Source: Candidatus Eiseniibacteriota bacterium (lineage in GTDB: Bacteria; Eisenbacteria; RBG-16-71-46). From it: a stretch of 64,000 nucleotides of DNA. Positions 19,508-29,521 of this stretch are shown piece by piece (within the stretch, counting starts at the first letter, position 1; each line of letters opens with the position of its first letter). The stretch is from contig OY970178.1 of the NCBI GenBank assembly GCA_963707915.1, forward strand, positions 1,824,001 through 1,888,000. The letters are read 5' to 3'. The notes beneath the pieces were generated by a model. It ran no database searches, had not been told where the DNA came from, and saw nothing but the letters and a program-made list of their open reading frames with translations. Both the position numbers and the translations under genes were made by a program.

Positions 19508-19812
19508 GACATCCTCCGCTTTCGCTCCGGCCAAGTCATCGACTTCCTCCCTATGGATGAGCCTTCCTGCCGATGGGATTCGCCGACCGGTCGATTCGGC
19601 GGCCCCCGCGGAGCCCCGCGGGTGGATCGCAGCCCCCCGAAGCAGCCGTACGGCCCAACCCGGCCCTCCCGATGGGCCCCCTGCCCGCTGGGAGGCCACG
19701 ACTTGCGTCATTCGGGCCTGCCGGGCGGCGTGCGCCCGATCGCGCTTGCGGCTAGTCTGTCCGGGAAGCCTTGCAATCACCGGACCCCGGAAACCCTCCC
19801 AGGGCGATCCAC

Positions 19813-22254
19813 ATGGCCAACCGAAACGCACCATCCGCCGGCTCGAACCCCGGGACTGGCGGGACGTCCTGGTTCGTCGTGCTGTGGGCTCGAGCCCGCG
19901 CCCGGCCGCGGCGGTCCGCCGCGCTCGCCGGGCTCGCGGTGCTGGGGCTGGCCGCCCTGGCCGGCTTCATCCGCCTCTCGATCGAGGTCCGCGCGCTGCG
20001 CTCGCGGCACGCCACCGGGCCGTCGTGGTCCTTCCCCTCGCGCGTCTACTCCGACGGGGTCACCCTCGCGCCGGGCCGCGCGTGCCCGGAGTCCTACCTG
20101 CGGGCGCAGCTCGAGGCGCGCGGGTACCGCGAGGTGACGGTGGTCTCCCTCCCGGGCGAGTACCGGGCCGTGCCGGGCGGTCTCGAGATCCTGCTGCGCG
20201 GCTTCGCCGCCGCGCCCGACCCCGAGGGAGCGGGCGGTCCCGAGCGCGTGCGCCTGCGTCTCGCGGCCGGGCGGCTGGCGGCGGTGGAGCGCCTGGGAGG
20301 CCTCGCCGGCGCGCCGCCTCCCGACCTCCCGCGCCCGCCGCGACTCGAGCCCGTGGCCATCGCGCTCGTGGCCGACGACCACCTGGTCCTGCGCAGCTGG
20401 GTGCCGCTCGCGCGCATCCCCCGTGCGCTGCGCGACGCGGTCGTCGCCTCCGAGGACCGCCGCTTCCGCCAGCACCGGGGGCTGGACCTGCGCGGCAACT
20501 TCCGCGCGCTCGTCACCAACGTGCAGGCGGGCGGGCTGCGCCAGGGCGGCAGCACCATCACGCAGCAGCTGGCGCGCGGGCTCTTCCTGGGTCGCGAGCG
20601 CACCTGGGGCCGCAAGCTCTCCGAGGCGGTGATCGCCACGGGGCTCGAGGTGATCCTCTCGAAGGACGAGATCCTCGAGATGTACCTGAACTCGGTCTAC
20701 TGGGGACAGAACGGGTCCGGGGGCGTGGCGGGCGTGGCCGAGGCCGCGCGCTGGTATTTCGACGCCCCGGTCGAGTCGCTCGACGTGGCGCGTTCCGCGC
20801 TGCTCGCGGGCATCATCCCGGCGCCCAACGCCTATTCCCCGTTCCGCGCTCCCCGCCTGGCGACGATGAGGCGCAACGCGGTGCTCGGCGACATGGCCGT
20901 CACCGGCGTGCTCGACGCGGCCACGGCGGCACGGCTGCGGGCTGCGCCGCTGGAGGCGCGCCGCGGCCCGCCCCCGCCCAGCCGCTTCCCCAGCTACGTG
21001 GGCTACGTGCGCCAGCATCTCGCCGAGCACCTGCCGCGCGGCGCCGCCGAGCACTGGGGCCTCGCGATATTCACCACGCTCGACCTGGTCTGGCAGGCCG
21101 AGGCCGAGCGGGGGCTCGCCGACGGCGTGGACTCGCTCGAGCGCTGGAGCGGGCGCGGGCCCCAGCCGCTGCAGGGTGCGTTCGTGGCGCTCGACCCCGC
21201 CACCGGCCGGGTGCGCGCCGTGGTGGGGGGACGCGCCCCCGGGACCGGCGACTTCAACCGCGCCACGCAGGCGCGCCGCCAGACCGGGTCGGCGATCAAG
21301 CCGATCGTCTACGCCGCCGCCCTCGACCCCGGCCGCGGCGCCCCGCGCTTCGGCCCGGCCTCGACCGTGCCGGACCTGAGGCGGGAGTTCGCCGCCGGCG
21401 ACACGACCTGGAAGCCGCGCAACGACAAGGACGAGTACCACCCCGAGGTGACGCTGGCGAAGGCGCTCGCCAAGTCGCTCAACGTGGCGACGGCGAACCT
21501 GGTCGAGGCGATCGGCGCCGGGCAGGCGGCGCGCTACGCCGAGCGCTTCGGCCTGGGGAAGCTGAAGCCCGTCGCGAGCATCGGGCTCGGCACCAACGAG
21601 GCGACGCTGCTCGCGCTCACCGGCGCCTACGGCGTCTTCCCCGGGCGCGGCGTGCGCCACGAACCGACCCCGGTGCGCGCGGTGCTGGACGCCGCGGGGC
21701 AGGACCTGCTCCCGCCCGCCACGCCGGCGACGCAGGTGCTGCCGGCCCCGACCGCGGACCTCATGACCGGCCTGCTCGAGGACGTGGTCATCTTCGGCGT
21801 CTCCTACCCGCTGCGCTCCGTCTACGGCTTCCTGCGGCCCGCGGGCGGCAAGACCGGCACGACCAACGACTACTACGACGCCTGGTTCGTGGGCTTCGTG
21901 CCGGACCTCGTCGCCGGCGCCTGGGTGGGCTACGACACGCCGCACACCCTGCAGCGTCCGGCCGCCGAGGTCGCGCTCCCGATCTGGGCCGGGATCATGG
22001 GCGCCATGCTGAGGGACTTCCCCGCGGCGCCCTTCCCCGGCGACGCCGGGCTCACGCTGGCCTGGATCGACCCGTGGACCGGCCTGCTGGCGCGGGGCGG
22101 CTGCCCGACGATGCGGGTGCCCTTCCTGCCCGGCACCGCGCCGACCCGGACCTGCGGCGTGGTGCATCCGCCGGCGGACAGCCTGGCCGCGCTGTCCGAC
22201 TCGACCGCGGTCGCGCCGGACTCGATCGCAGCCGGCGGAGACTCCCTGCGATGA
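19813..22254 (+). CDS. Class A penicillin-binding protein (PBP1B-like, UB2H-type insertion)
   Basis: N-terminal TM; EDRRF, GGSTITQQ, RK..E, YLN glycosyltransferase motifs; SAIK, SLN, KTG transpeptidase motifs. Confidence 0.92.
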   Translation: MANRNAPSAGSNPGTGGTSWFVVLWARARARPRRSAALAGLAVLGLAALAGFIRLSIEVRALRSRHATGPSWSFPSRVYSDGVTLAPGRACPESYLRAQLEARGYREVTVVSLPGEYRAVPGGLEILLRGFAAAPDPEGAGGPERVRLRLAAGRLAAVERLGGLAGAPPPDLPRPPRLEPVAIALVADDHLVLRSWVPLARIPRALRDAVVASEDRRFRQHRGLDLRGNFRALVTNVQAGGLRQGGSTITQQLARGLFLGRERTWGRKLSEAVIATGLEVILSKDEILEMYLNSVYWGQNGSGGVAGVAEAARWYFDAPVESLDVARSALLAGIIPAPNAYSPFRAPRLATMRRNAVLGDMAVTGVLDAATAARLRAAPLEARRGPPPPSRFPSYVGYVRQHLAEHLPRGAAEHWGLAIFTTLDLVWQAEAERGLADGVDSLERWSGRGPQPLQGAFVALDPATGRVRAVVGGRAPGTGDFNRATQARRQTGSAIKPIVYAAALDPGRGAPRFGPASTVPDLRREFAAGDTTWKPRNDKDEYHPEVTLAKALAKSLNVATANLVEAIGAGQAARYAERFGLGKLKPVASIGLGTNEATLLALTGAYGVFPGRGVRHEPTPVRAVLDAAGQDLLPPATPATQVLPAPTADLMTGLLEDVVIFGVSYPLRSVYGFLRPAGGKTGTTNDYYDAWFVGFVPDLVAGAWVGYDTPHTLQRPAAEVALPIWAGIMGAMLRDFPAAPFPGDAGLTLAWIDPWTGLLARGGCPTMRVPFLPGTAPTRTCGVVHPPADSLAALSDSTAVAPDSIAAGGDSLR

Positions 22255-22354
22255 ACCCCGCGCCCGGCCGGCACCCGCGCGAACGCCGTCCGAACGCCGC
22301 GGCACTCCGCCTCACCGGCAGCGCGCGAACCCCGATGCAAGAACGGAGGCCCCG

Positions 22355-23167
22355 ATGAAGACCATGCTGGAATCGTATCTCACGCTCGAGCAGACCGACC
22401 TGCTCGGTGCGACCCTGGAGGCGCAGACGCGGGCCAGCGGGTCCGCCGAGATCCCGGTGGTCGCGGCGACCCTGAACGAACGCGGCTGCCGCGACGTGCT
22501 CGACGCCGGCACCGGCGAGGGATCGTTCCTGCTGGAGGTCGCCGTGCGGACGAAGGGCGCGCGCTTCCTCGGGATCGACCACAACGAGTTCGCGATCCGC
22601 AAGGCGGTTGCGCGACTGAGGCGGCGCTCCGTCAAGAACGTCCGCTTCAGGACGGCGTTCTTCGACGCGAAGTTCGACCGGAAGAAGCGCGACGCCATCC
22701 TCTCGCGCTACACGCTCCAGCACTCGTCCAGCCCGGCGGACTTCGTGGGAGCCGCCTTCCAGCGGCTCAAGCGAAAGGGGACGTTCATCGCGGTCGAGTC
22801 CGTGGAGGCCTACCTGGACTGCCACGTGGCGGACCCGACCTGGGAGGCCTACCGCGCGGCCCTGCTCGCCGTCCACGCGAAGATCGGCAGCGACGGGAAC
22901 ATCGGCAAGGGGCTGGCGAGCCTGCTGCGGCGGTCGGGGTTCCGTGACGTCCAGGCCGGCATCGTCCTGTGCTCCCCGTCCACCGTCGGGATCGAGCGGT
23001 TCACCTCCGTGGTCCTGTCCACCACCGCACTGGCCCACCGGCTCTTCCCCGAGCTCTTCGACCGGCGGCTGGTCCGGCGGATGGGGCGCTGGCTGGACGA
23101 CGAGGCCGGGATCGAGCGGCGGGACCCCTACATCGCCTCGGCGATCGCCAGCGGCGTGAAGCCGTAG
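22355..23167 (+). CDS. Class I SAM-dependent methyltransferase
   Basis: VLDAGTGEG motif I, LGID motif II, YTLQH, LKRKG; GGAGG RBS. Confidence 0.85.
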   Translation: MKTMLESYLTLEQTDLLGATLEAQTRASGSAEIPVVAATLNERGCRDVLDAGTGEGSFLLEVAVRTKGARFLGIDHNEFAIRKAVARLRRRSVKNVRFRTAFFDAKFDRKKRDAILSRYTLQHSSSPADFVGAAFQRLKRKGTFIAVESVEAYLDCHVADPTWEAYRAALLAVHAKIGSDGNIGKGLASLLRRSGFRDVQAGIVLCSPSTVGIERFTSVVLSTTALAHRLFPELFDRRLVRRMGRWLDDEAGIERRDPYIASAIASGVKP

Positions 23168-23199
23168 AGCCACGCCGCGGACGGCCGGGAAGCCCGGCC

Positions 23200-23227
23200 G
23201 TTGGTACTTTCGTACCGCTGTACCAAC
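23200..23227. promoter_or_regulatory. Inverted repeat upstream of the hydrogenase operon
   Basis: GTTGGTAC-N12-GTACCAAC containing three GTAC units at 8-bp period. Confidence 0.5.
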
Positions 23228-23296
23228 CCCCCCGCGAGCGTACTGTCGCGACGTCTTCCCCGTGAGGTCGGCCGCGCTTCCCCAGAGGAGGCCGTC

Positions 23297-24427
23297 ATGG
23301 CTGCCCACCGGCATCATCCCTCCACCTACGATGTCCTGCTGGCGCACGGCATCGATCGCCGAACCTTCCTGCGCTTCTGCACGCTCACCGCGGCGGCGCT
23401 GGGGCTGGACGCCTCGGGAGTGGGAAGGGTGGCCCACGCCCTCGAGAGCAAGCCGCGCATCCCGGTGATGTGGCTGCACGGCCTCGAGTGCACGTGCTGC
23501 AGCGAGTCGTTCATCCGCTCGGCCCATCCGCTGGCGCAGGACGTCGTCCTCAACCTGCTGTCGCTCGACTACGACGACACGCTGCAGGCCGCCGCGGGCT
23601 TCCAGGCCGAGGAGATCCGCCGCGAGATCATCGCGAAGCACCCGGGTGGCTACCTGCTGGCGGTCGAGGGCAATGCCCCGACCCGGGACGGCGGGGTCTA
23701 CTGCACGGTGGGCGGGCGCACCTTCGAGGACATCCTGCTCGAGTCCGCGCGCCACGCGAAGGCGGTCGTGGCGTGGGGCTCGTGCGCGTCGAACGGCTGC
23801 ATCCAGGCCGCTCACCCCAACCCCACCGGGGCGAAGCCGGTGCACCAGCTGATCCACGACAAGCCGGTCATCCGCGTGCCGGGCTGTCCGCCGATCGCCG
23901 AGGTCATGACCGGGCTGCTGGCCTACATCCTGACCTTCGACCGGCTGCCCGACCTGGACCGCGCCGGGCGGCCGCGCATGTTCTACGGCCAGCGGCTCCA
24001 CGACAAGTGCTACCGGCGCGCGTTCTTCGACGCCGGCCAGTTCGTGGAGAGCTGGGACGACGAGGGGGCCCGCCGGGGCTGGTGCCTGTACAAGATGGGC
24101 TGCCGGGGCCCAACGACCTACAACTCGTGCTCGACCATCCGCTGGAACAACGGCATCTCCTGGCCGGTCGGCTCGGGCCATGGATGCATCGGCTGCGCCG
24201 AGGACGGCTTCTGGGACAACGGACCCTTCTACCGCCGGCTCTCGGGCATCCCGGTGCCCGGCGTGCAGAGCACCCCCGACCAGGTCGGCAAGACGCTCGC
24301 CGTCGTCGCGGCCGCCGGCGCCGCGGCGCATTTCACCTCGTTCCTGGCCAAGCGGGGCATCGAGAAGTCGCGGGCCGCGAAAGCGGACCCGCCGGTGCCC
24401 CCGCCCCCCGGCCCGGACCGGGCCTAG
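23297..24427 (+). CDS. hyaA: [NiFe]-hydrogenase small subunit (group 1d type, Tat substrate)
   Basis: DRRTFL Tat motif, [47 protein letters not shown]-terminal TM helix with His. Confidence 0.96.
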   Translation: MAAHRHHPSTYDVLLAHGIDRRTFLRFCTLTAAALGLDASGVGRVAHALESKPRIPVMWLHGLECTCCSESFIRSAHPLAQDVVLNLLSLDYDDTLQAAAGFQAEEIRREIIAKHPGGYLLAVEGNAPTRDGGVYCTVGGRTFEDILLESARHAKAVVAWGSCASNGCIQAAHPNPTGAKPVHQLIHDKPVIRVPGCPPIAEVMTGLLAYILTFDRLPDLDRAGRPRMFYGQRLHDKCYRRAFFDAGQFVESWDDEGARRGWCLYKMGCRGPTTYNSCSTIRWNNGISWPVGSGHGCIGCAEDGFWDNGPFYRRLSGIPVPGVQSTPDQVGKTLAVVAAAGAAAHFTSFLAKRGIEKSRAAKADPPVPPPPGPDRA

Positions 24428-24436
24428 GAGGCGGCC

Positions 24437-26158
24437 ATGGCACAGCGAGTCGTCGTCGATCCGATCACCCGCATCGAGGGCCACCTCCGCATCGAGGCGA
24501 TGCTGGACGGGAGCGGGACGATCCAGGACGCCATGTCGTGCGGCACGATGTGGCGCGGGATCGAGGTCATCCTCCAGGACCGGGACCCGCGCGACGCGTG
24601 GGCCTTCTGCGAGCGCATCTGCGGCGTGTGCACCACCGTGCACGCGCTCGCCTCGGTGCGCTCGGTGGAGAACGCGCTCGGCATCCACGTGCCGGCGAAC
24701 GCCGATCTCATCCGCAACATCATGTACCTGACGCAGACCGTGCAGGACCACGTGGTGCACTTCTACCACCTGCACGCGCTCGACTGGGTGGACGTGGTCT
24801 CGGCGCTGAAGGCCGACCCGGCAGCCACTGCGGCCCTCGCCCAGAAGGTCTCGCCGCACTGGCCCACCGCCACGACCGGCTACTTCGCCGACGTGGCCGG
24901 GACGCTCAAGCGCTTCGTGGACTCGGGGCAGCTCGGCATCTTCGCGAACGCCTACTGGGGACACCCGGCCTACAAGCTGCCGCCCGAGGCGAACCTCATG
25001 GCGGTGGCGCACTACCTCGAGGCGCTGCGCTGGCAGAAGGAGATCGTCAAGATCCACACCGTCTTCGGGGGCAAGAACCCGCACCCGAACTACCTCGTCG
25101 GCGGCATGGCCTCGACGATCGACCTGCAGAGCGACAACGCCATCAACGTGGAGCGGCTCAACCTGGTCCGGGACCTGATCGACGGGGCCATCCAGGTGGT
25201 CGAGCAGCTCTACCTGCCCGACCTGCTGGCCGTGGCCTCGTTCTACCCCGAGTGGACCCGGTACGGCGGCGGGCTCGGCAACTACCTGTCCTACGGCGAC
25301 CTGCCGCAGGCGGGGATCGGCGACCCGTCCCGCTTCCGCATCCCGCGCGGGGCGATCCTCGGCAAGGACCTCGGCAAGGTCCTGCCGGTGGACCCGGAGA
25401 GCCCGGAGCAGGTCCGCGAGGAGATCGGGCACTCGTGGTACGAGTACCCGGCGGGCCAGGACTCGCTCCACCCGTGGGACGGCGTGACGGTGCCGAAGTA
25501 CACCGGGCCGAAGCCGCCCTACGAGCAACTGGACGAGACCAGGGCCTACTCGTGGCTCAAGACCCCGCGCTGGCAGGGCAACGCCATGGAGGTCGGCCCG
25601 CTCGCGCGGATGCTGATCGGTTACGCGAGCGGCCGCGAGGACTACCGGCAGGTCGTGGGCGAAGCGCTCGGCGCGCTCAAGCTGCCGCCCGCCGCGCTCT
25701 TCTCGACGCTCGGCCGCACCGCCGCACGCGGGCTCGAGACCCGGCTCGCGGTGCGCTGGCTGAAGGAGGAGTTCGATCGGCTGGTCGCCAACCTGAAGGC
25801 CGGCGACAGCGCCGTGGCGGACACGTCGAAGTGGGAGCCGCACACCTGGCCGAAGGAGTGCAAGGGCTTCGGCTTCACCGAGGCCCCGCGCGGCGCGCTG
25901 GGTCACTGGGTGCACATCCGCGACGGCAGGATCGCCTCCTACCAGATCGTGGTGCCGTCCACCTGGAACGCCTCGCCGCGCGACGCGAAGGGCCGGCACG
26001 GCGCCTACGAGGCCGCGCTGGTCGGCACGCCGCTCGCCGACCCGAAACGCCCGGTCGAGATCCTGCGCACCATCCACTCGTTCGACCCGTGCCTGGCCTG
26101 TGCCTCGCACGTGATCGGGCCCGACGGCCGCGTGCTGTCGGAAGTCGTGGTGCGGTAG
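24437..26158 (+). CDS. hyaB: [NiFe]-hydrogenase large subunit
   Basis: DPITRIEGH, ERICGVC (L1), KNPHPN, EAPRGALGHW, SFDPCLACASH (L2) plus 15-aa cleavable tail. Confidence 0.97.
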   Translation: MAQRVVVDPITRIEGHLRIEAMLDGSGTIQDAMSCGTMWRGIEVILQDRDPRDAWAFCERICGVCTTVHALASVRSVENALGIHVPANADLIRNIMYLTQTVQDHVVHFYHLHALDWVDVVSALKADPAATAALAQKVSPHWPTATTGYFADVAGTLKRFVDSGQLGIFANAYWGHPAYKLPPEANLMAVAHYLEALRWQKEIVKIHTVFGGKNPHPNYLVGGMASTIDLQSDNAINVERLNLVRDLIDGAIQVVEQLYLPDLLAVASFYPEWTRYGGGLGNYLSYGDLPQAGIGDPSRFRIPRGAILGKDLGKVLPVDPESPEQVREEIGHSWYEYPAGQDSLHPWDGVTVPKYTGPKPPYEQLDETRAYSWLKTPRWQGNAMEVGPLARMLIGYASGREDYRQVVGEALGALKLPPAALFSTLGRTAARGLETRLAVRWLKEEFDRLVANLKAGDSAVADTSKWEPHTWPKECKGFGFTEAPRGALGHWVHIRDGRIASYQIVVPSTWNASPRDAKGRHGAYEAALVGTPLADPKRPVEILRTIHSFDPCLACASHVIGPDGRVLSEVVVR

Positions 26159-26167
26159 GAGGACGCC

Positions 26168-26905
26168 ATGGGCACCAGCGTCGAACCCCTGAACCCCGCC
26201 GACGTCTACGCCCACCCGCACCGCTACTTCCGGCGGCGCTACGTGTGGGAGTGGCCGGTGCGGGTCTTCCACTGGGTCAACGCCCTGTGCGTGGGCGTGC
26301 TGTTCACGACCGGGCTCTACATCGCCTGGCCCCAGCTCGCGCCCGCGGGCGAAGCCTGGCGTCATTTCGTCATGGGAACCGTGCGGACGGTCCACTTCAC
26401 GGCGGCGTACGTGTTCTTCGTGAACTTCGTGTGGCGCATGTACTGGTTCTGGATGGGCAACAACTACGCGCGCTCGGGCTTCCCGTTCGCCTGGCGCGCG
26501 GCGTGGTGGCGCGACCTGTTCCGCCAGGCCGGCGACTACCTGCGGCTCGAGCGCGGACACGTGCACCTCGGTCACAACGCGCTCGGGGGCCTCATCTACA
26601 CGATCTTCGTGATCGCGCTCGGCTGGTGCCAGATCTTCACCGGCTTCGCGCTCTACTCGCAGATCCACCCCGGGGGCTTCTGGGACCGGGCGCTGGGCTG
26701 GGTCATCCCCCTGCTGGGTGGCGCCTTCCAGGCCACGATGTGGCACCACACCACCGCCTGGCTGTTCGTCTTCTTCACCATCGTGCACGTCTACATCGTG
26801 TTCTACGACGGCCTGCAGTTCCGCAACGGGCTGGTGACCTCGATGGTCTCGGGCGAGAAGTTCTACAAGGAGGGCGACCTCGACAGTGAGCACTGGGTCA
26901 GCTGA
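26168..26905 (+). CDS. hyaC: Hydrogenase b-type cytochrome subunit
   Basis: YVWEWPVRVFHW, TVHF, GHNALG, WHH, IVHVY heme-ligand His pattern; four TM. Confidence 0.93.
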   Translation: MGTSVEPLNPADVYAHPHRYFRRRYVWEWPVRVFHWVNALCVGVLFTTGLYIAWPQLAPAGEAWRHFVMGTVRTVHFTAAYVFFVNFVWRMYWFWMGNNYARSGFPFAWRAAWWRDLFRQAGDYLRLERGHVHLGHNALGGLIYTIFVIALGWCQIFTGFALYSQIHPGGFWDRALGWVIPLLGGAFQATMWHHTTAWLFVFFTIVHVYIVFYDGLQFRNGLVTSMVSGEKFYKEGDLDSEHWVS

Positions 26906-27392
26906 GGGGGGGCGCGCGCCCGTCCTCGTGCTGGGCCTCGGCAACCCGCTGCTGCGCGACGACGGCGTGGGTCTGCGCCTCCTAGAGGGACTGCAGGCCC
27001 ACGCCGCACCGTGGGGCGGGCGCGTCGAGTCGGTGGACGGCGGCACGCAGGGACTGGCGCTGCTCGGGCGCATGGCCGGCCGCCGCGCGCTCGTGCTGCT
27101 CGACGCGGTGGCGCTCGGGGCCGCGCCCGGGACCGTGCACCGGCTCGACCGGGCCACGGCGCTGCAGCTCGCCGCCGTCCCCGGGAGCACCGCCCACGAA
27201 GGCGGTGCCGGCGCGCTGCTGGCGGCCTGCGACCTCATCGGCGACCTGCCCGCGAGGGTCGCCGTGGTGGGGATCGAGCCTGCCGAGGTCGCCACCGGCA
27301 TCGGCCTGTCGCCCCCGGTTCGGGCCGGGGTGCCGGAAGCGCTAGAATGCGCCCGCGCCGTGGTCGAGTCGCTGCTCGCGGCGCCCGACTGA
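26886..27392 (+). CDS. hyaD: Hydrogenase maturation protease
   Basis: LGLGNPLLRDDGVG, VDGGT, LLDAV, STAHE, GIEP. Confidence 0.92.
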   Translation: MSTGSAEGGRAPVLVLGLGNPLLRDDGVGLRLLEGLQAHAAPWGGRVESVDGGTQGLALLGRMAGRRALVLLDAVALGAAPGTVHRLDRATALQLAAVPGSTAHEGGAGALLAACDLIGDLPARVAVVGIEPAEVATGIGLSPPVRAGVPEALECARAVVESLLAAPD

Positions 27393-27427
27393 GCCGGCGC
27401 ACCCGACCGCGTCCCGAAGGCGGACCC

Positions 27428-27796
27428 TTGCACGAGCTGAGCCTCGCCACCGAGATCCATCGCACCTGCCGGGCGACCATCGACGCCCGCGGGGGCGGGC
27501 GGCTCGACGCGGCGCGCGTGGCGATCGGCGAGCTGGCCGCGGTCGAGCCCGAACTGCTGGTCTACGCCTGGGAGGCGGTGGTCTCCGGCGGGTCCGACGC
27601 GGCGGCCCGGCTCGAGGTCGAGTGGCACCCCGCGCGGCAGACCTGCGCGAACTGCGGCGACCTGAAGGAACGCGCGCCCGGCACCTGGCTGCGGATCTGC
27701 CCGGCCTGCGGCGGGCCGGTGCAGGTGGCCGGCGGCGACGAACTCGACGTGATCGACCTCACCTACACGCCCCACGAAGAGGAGACGGCGAAGTGA
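27428..27796 (+). CDS. hypA: Hydrogenase nickel metallochaperone HypA
   Basis: TTG start gives MHELSLA; CANC...CPAC; GDEL. Confidence 0.9.
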   Translation: MHELSLATEIHRTCRATIDARGGGRLDAARVAIGELAAVEPELLVYAWEAVVSGGSDAAARLEVEWHPARQTCANCGDLKERAPGTWLRICPACGGPVQVAGGDELDVIDLTYTPHEEETAK

Positions 27797-28464
27797 CCCA
27801 GGTGGACGTGCGCCAGAGGATCCTGGCCGACAACGCGGCCGCGGCCGCGACGCTGCGCGCGCGCTTCGCGGCCGGGCGCACGCTGGTGGTGAACCTCATT
27901 TCCTCCCCCGGCTCGGGCAAGACCACGCTGCTCGAGGCCACCGTGCGCGTCCTCGCCGGAAGGCTGCGGCTCGGCTGCATCGAGGGCGACATCGCCACCG
28001 AGCGCGACGCCGACCGGCTGCGCGCGCTGGGCATCCCGGCGCACCAGATCCTCACCGGCGGCTCCTGCCATCTCGACGCCCGGCAGGTGAGCGCGGCGCT
28101 CGAGACGCACGACCTCGGGCCGCTCGACGTGCTGTTCATCGAGAACGTTGGCAACCTCGTCTGCCCCACCTCCTACGACCTCGGCGAGGACTTCAAGGTC
28201 GCGCTGCTCTCGGTGACCGAGGGCGAGGACAAGCCCTTCAAGTACCCGTCCATCTTCGCCCGGGCGGCGGTGACGGTGGTGACCAAGGCCGACCTGCTGC
28301 CCTACGTGTCCTTCCGGCTCGACGACGCGCGCGAGCAGGTCGCGGCGCTGCGCCCCGGCGGCGCGCTGCTGGTGACCTCCGCCACCACCGGGCAGGGAGT
28401 CGCCGAATGGTGCGCCCTGCTCGAGGAACGCCTCACGCTCAAGCGCGCGCAGGTCGTCGGATGA
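27793..28464 (+). CDS. hypB: Hydrogenase nickel-incorporation GTPase HypB
   Basis: SSPGSGKTT, IEGD, CHLDA, ENVGNLVCP, TEGEDKPFKYP, TKAD; GTGA overlap with hypA. Confidence 0.95.
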   Translation: MTQVDVRQRILADNAAAAATLRARFAAGRTLVVNLISSPGSGKTTLLEATVRVLAGRLRLGCIEGDIATERDADRLRALGIPAHQILTGGSCHLDARQVSAALETHDLGPLDVLFIENVGNLVCPTSYDLGEDFKVALLSVTEGEDKPFKYPSIFARAAVTVVTKADLLPYVSFRLDDAREQVAALRPGGALLVTSATTGQGVAEWCALLEERLTLKRAQVVG

Positions 28465-28486
28465 CCGGGTCCGGAGCCGACTGGCG

Positions 28487-29521
28487 ATGAGCGCGGTCCG
28501 GTTGCTGGCATCGGGCATCGGGTCGGGCGTGCTCGCCCGCCTCGCGCCGCCCGCGTGCGCCGGCGTCGCGCCGCTGCCGGCGTGGGAGCCGGACGGCGAC
28601 GGCCGCCTGCGGCTCGTCGTACCGCTCGAAGCGGCGTTCCTGTCGGGCGCGGACCGCCTGGTCCCGAGCCTGTCGAACACCTCGGCGGGCGATCACGCGT
28701 TCCGGTTCGGTCTGCGCGTGCGCGTCCGCGGCGGCGGCCTGACTCCGTGGGTGCGCCTCACGCGCATCGGACGCCCGCCCGACCACGGCTTCGAGCCCAT
28801 GATCGCGGATCGAACCGGCCCCGGGGCGCCCCTGGGCACGGAGGTGGACACGTTCCGGCTGCACGAGCCCGCGGAGGGCGGCGAATTGGAGGTCCGCGTC
28901 TGGTCCGCCGATCCCGCCGGGTTCCGCCGCGCGCCGTGCCTGCTCGCCCTCTCCGCCGCGGGTGCGCCGGCATCCCCGCCGGCGCCCGCGGACCTCGCGG
29001 ACGTCCCGGCGCTCCCGGTGCCCGCGCTCTCGCAGTGCGGCGAGGCCGAGGCCATCCGGATGCGCATCTGCTCGCCCGTCAGCGTGGCGATGGTGCTGGG
29101 CTCGCTCGGCGCGCGCGCGGACAGCGCCGACGTGGCCGCCGCCGCCTACTGCGCGGAGCACGATCGTTACGGAGTGTGGCCCGCGGGCATCTGGGCCGCC
29201 TCGCGCTGGGGCGCCCTCGGCGCGGTCGTGGTCATCCGCTCCTGGGAGTGCGCGGGCGCCCTGCTGGCGCGCGGGATCGCGCTGGTGATCTCCGAGGCGC
29301 ACGGACCCTCCGCCCTGCCAGGTTCGCCGCTGCCCGAGACCGACGGGCACCTGCTCGTCCTGCGCGGGCTGCGTGCCGGCCGCGCGCTGGTGAACGACCC
29401 GGCGGCACCGACGACCGAGAGCGTCCCGCGCGAATACGACCTCGCCGACCTCGGCCGCGCCTGGCTCGGGCACGGCGGCATCGCGTACGTCTTCGCCAAC
29501 CCGAACGGAGGCCCCGAGTGA
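28487..29521 (+). CDS. C39-like cysteine peptidase domain protein
   Basis: VPALSQ...ICSPVSVAMVL (Gln, Cys), DGHLLVLRG (His), VNDPAA (Asp). Confidence 0.75.
   Translation: MSAVRLLASGIGSGVLARLAPPACAGVAPLPAWEPDGDGRLRLVVPLEAAFLSGADRLVPSLSNTSAGDHAFRFGLRVRVRGGGLTPWVRLTRIGRPPDHGFEPMIADRTGPGAPLGTEVDTFRLHEPAEGGELEVRVWSADPAGFRRAPCLLALSAAGAPASPPAPADLADVPALPVPALSQCGEAEAIRMRICSPVSVAMVLGSLGARADSADVAAAAYCAEHDRYGVWPAGIWAASRWGALGAVVVIRSWECAGALLARGIALVISEAHGPSALPGSPLPETDGHLLVLRGLRAGRALVNDPAAPTTESVPREYDLADLGRAWLGHGGIAYVFANPNGGPE

Noticed and set aside
26080..26110. Possible selenocysteine ([NiFeSe]) hydrogenase
   Set aside because: L2 motif DPCLAC uses ordinary Cys codons; no in-frame TGA
22052..27775. 1907-aa minus-strand ORF
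   Set aside because: Antisense shadow of the hydrogenase operon in high-GC DNA; no recognisable motifs
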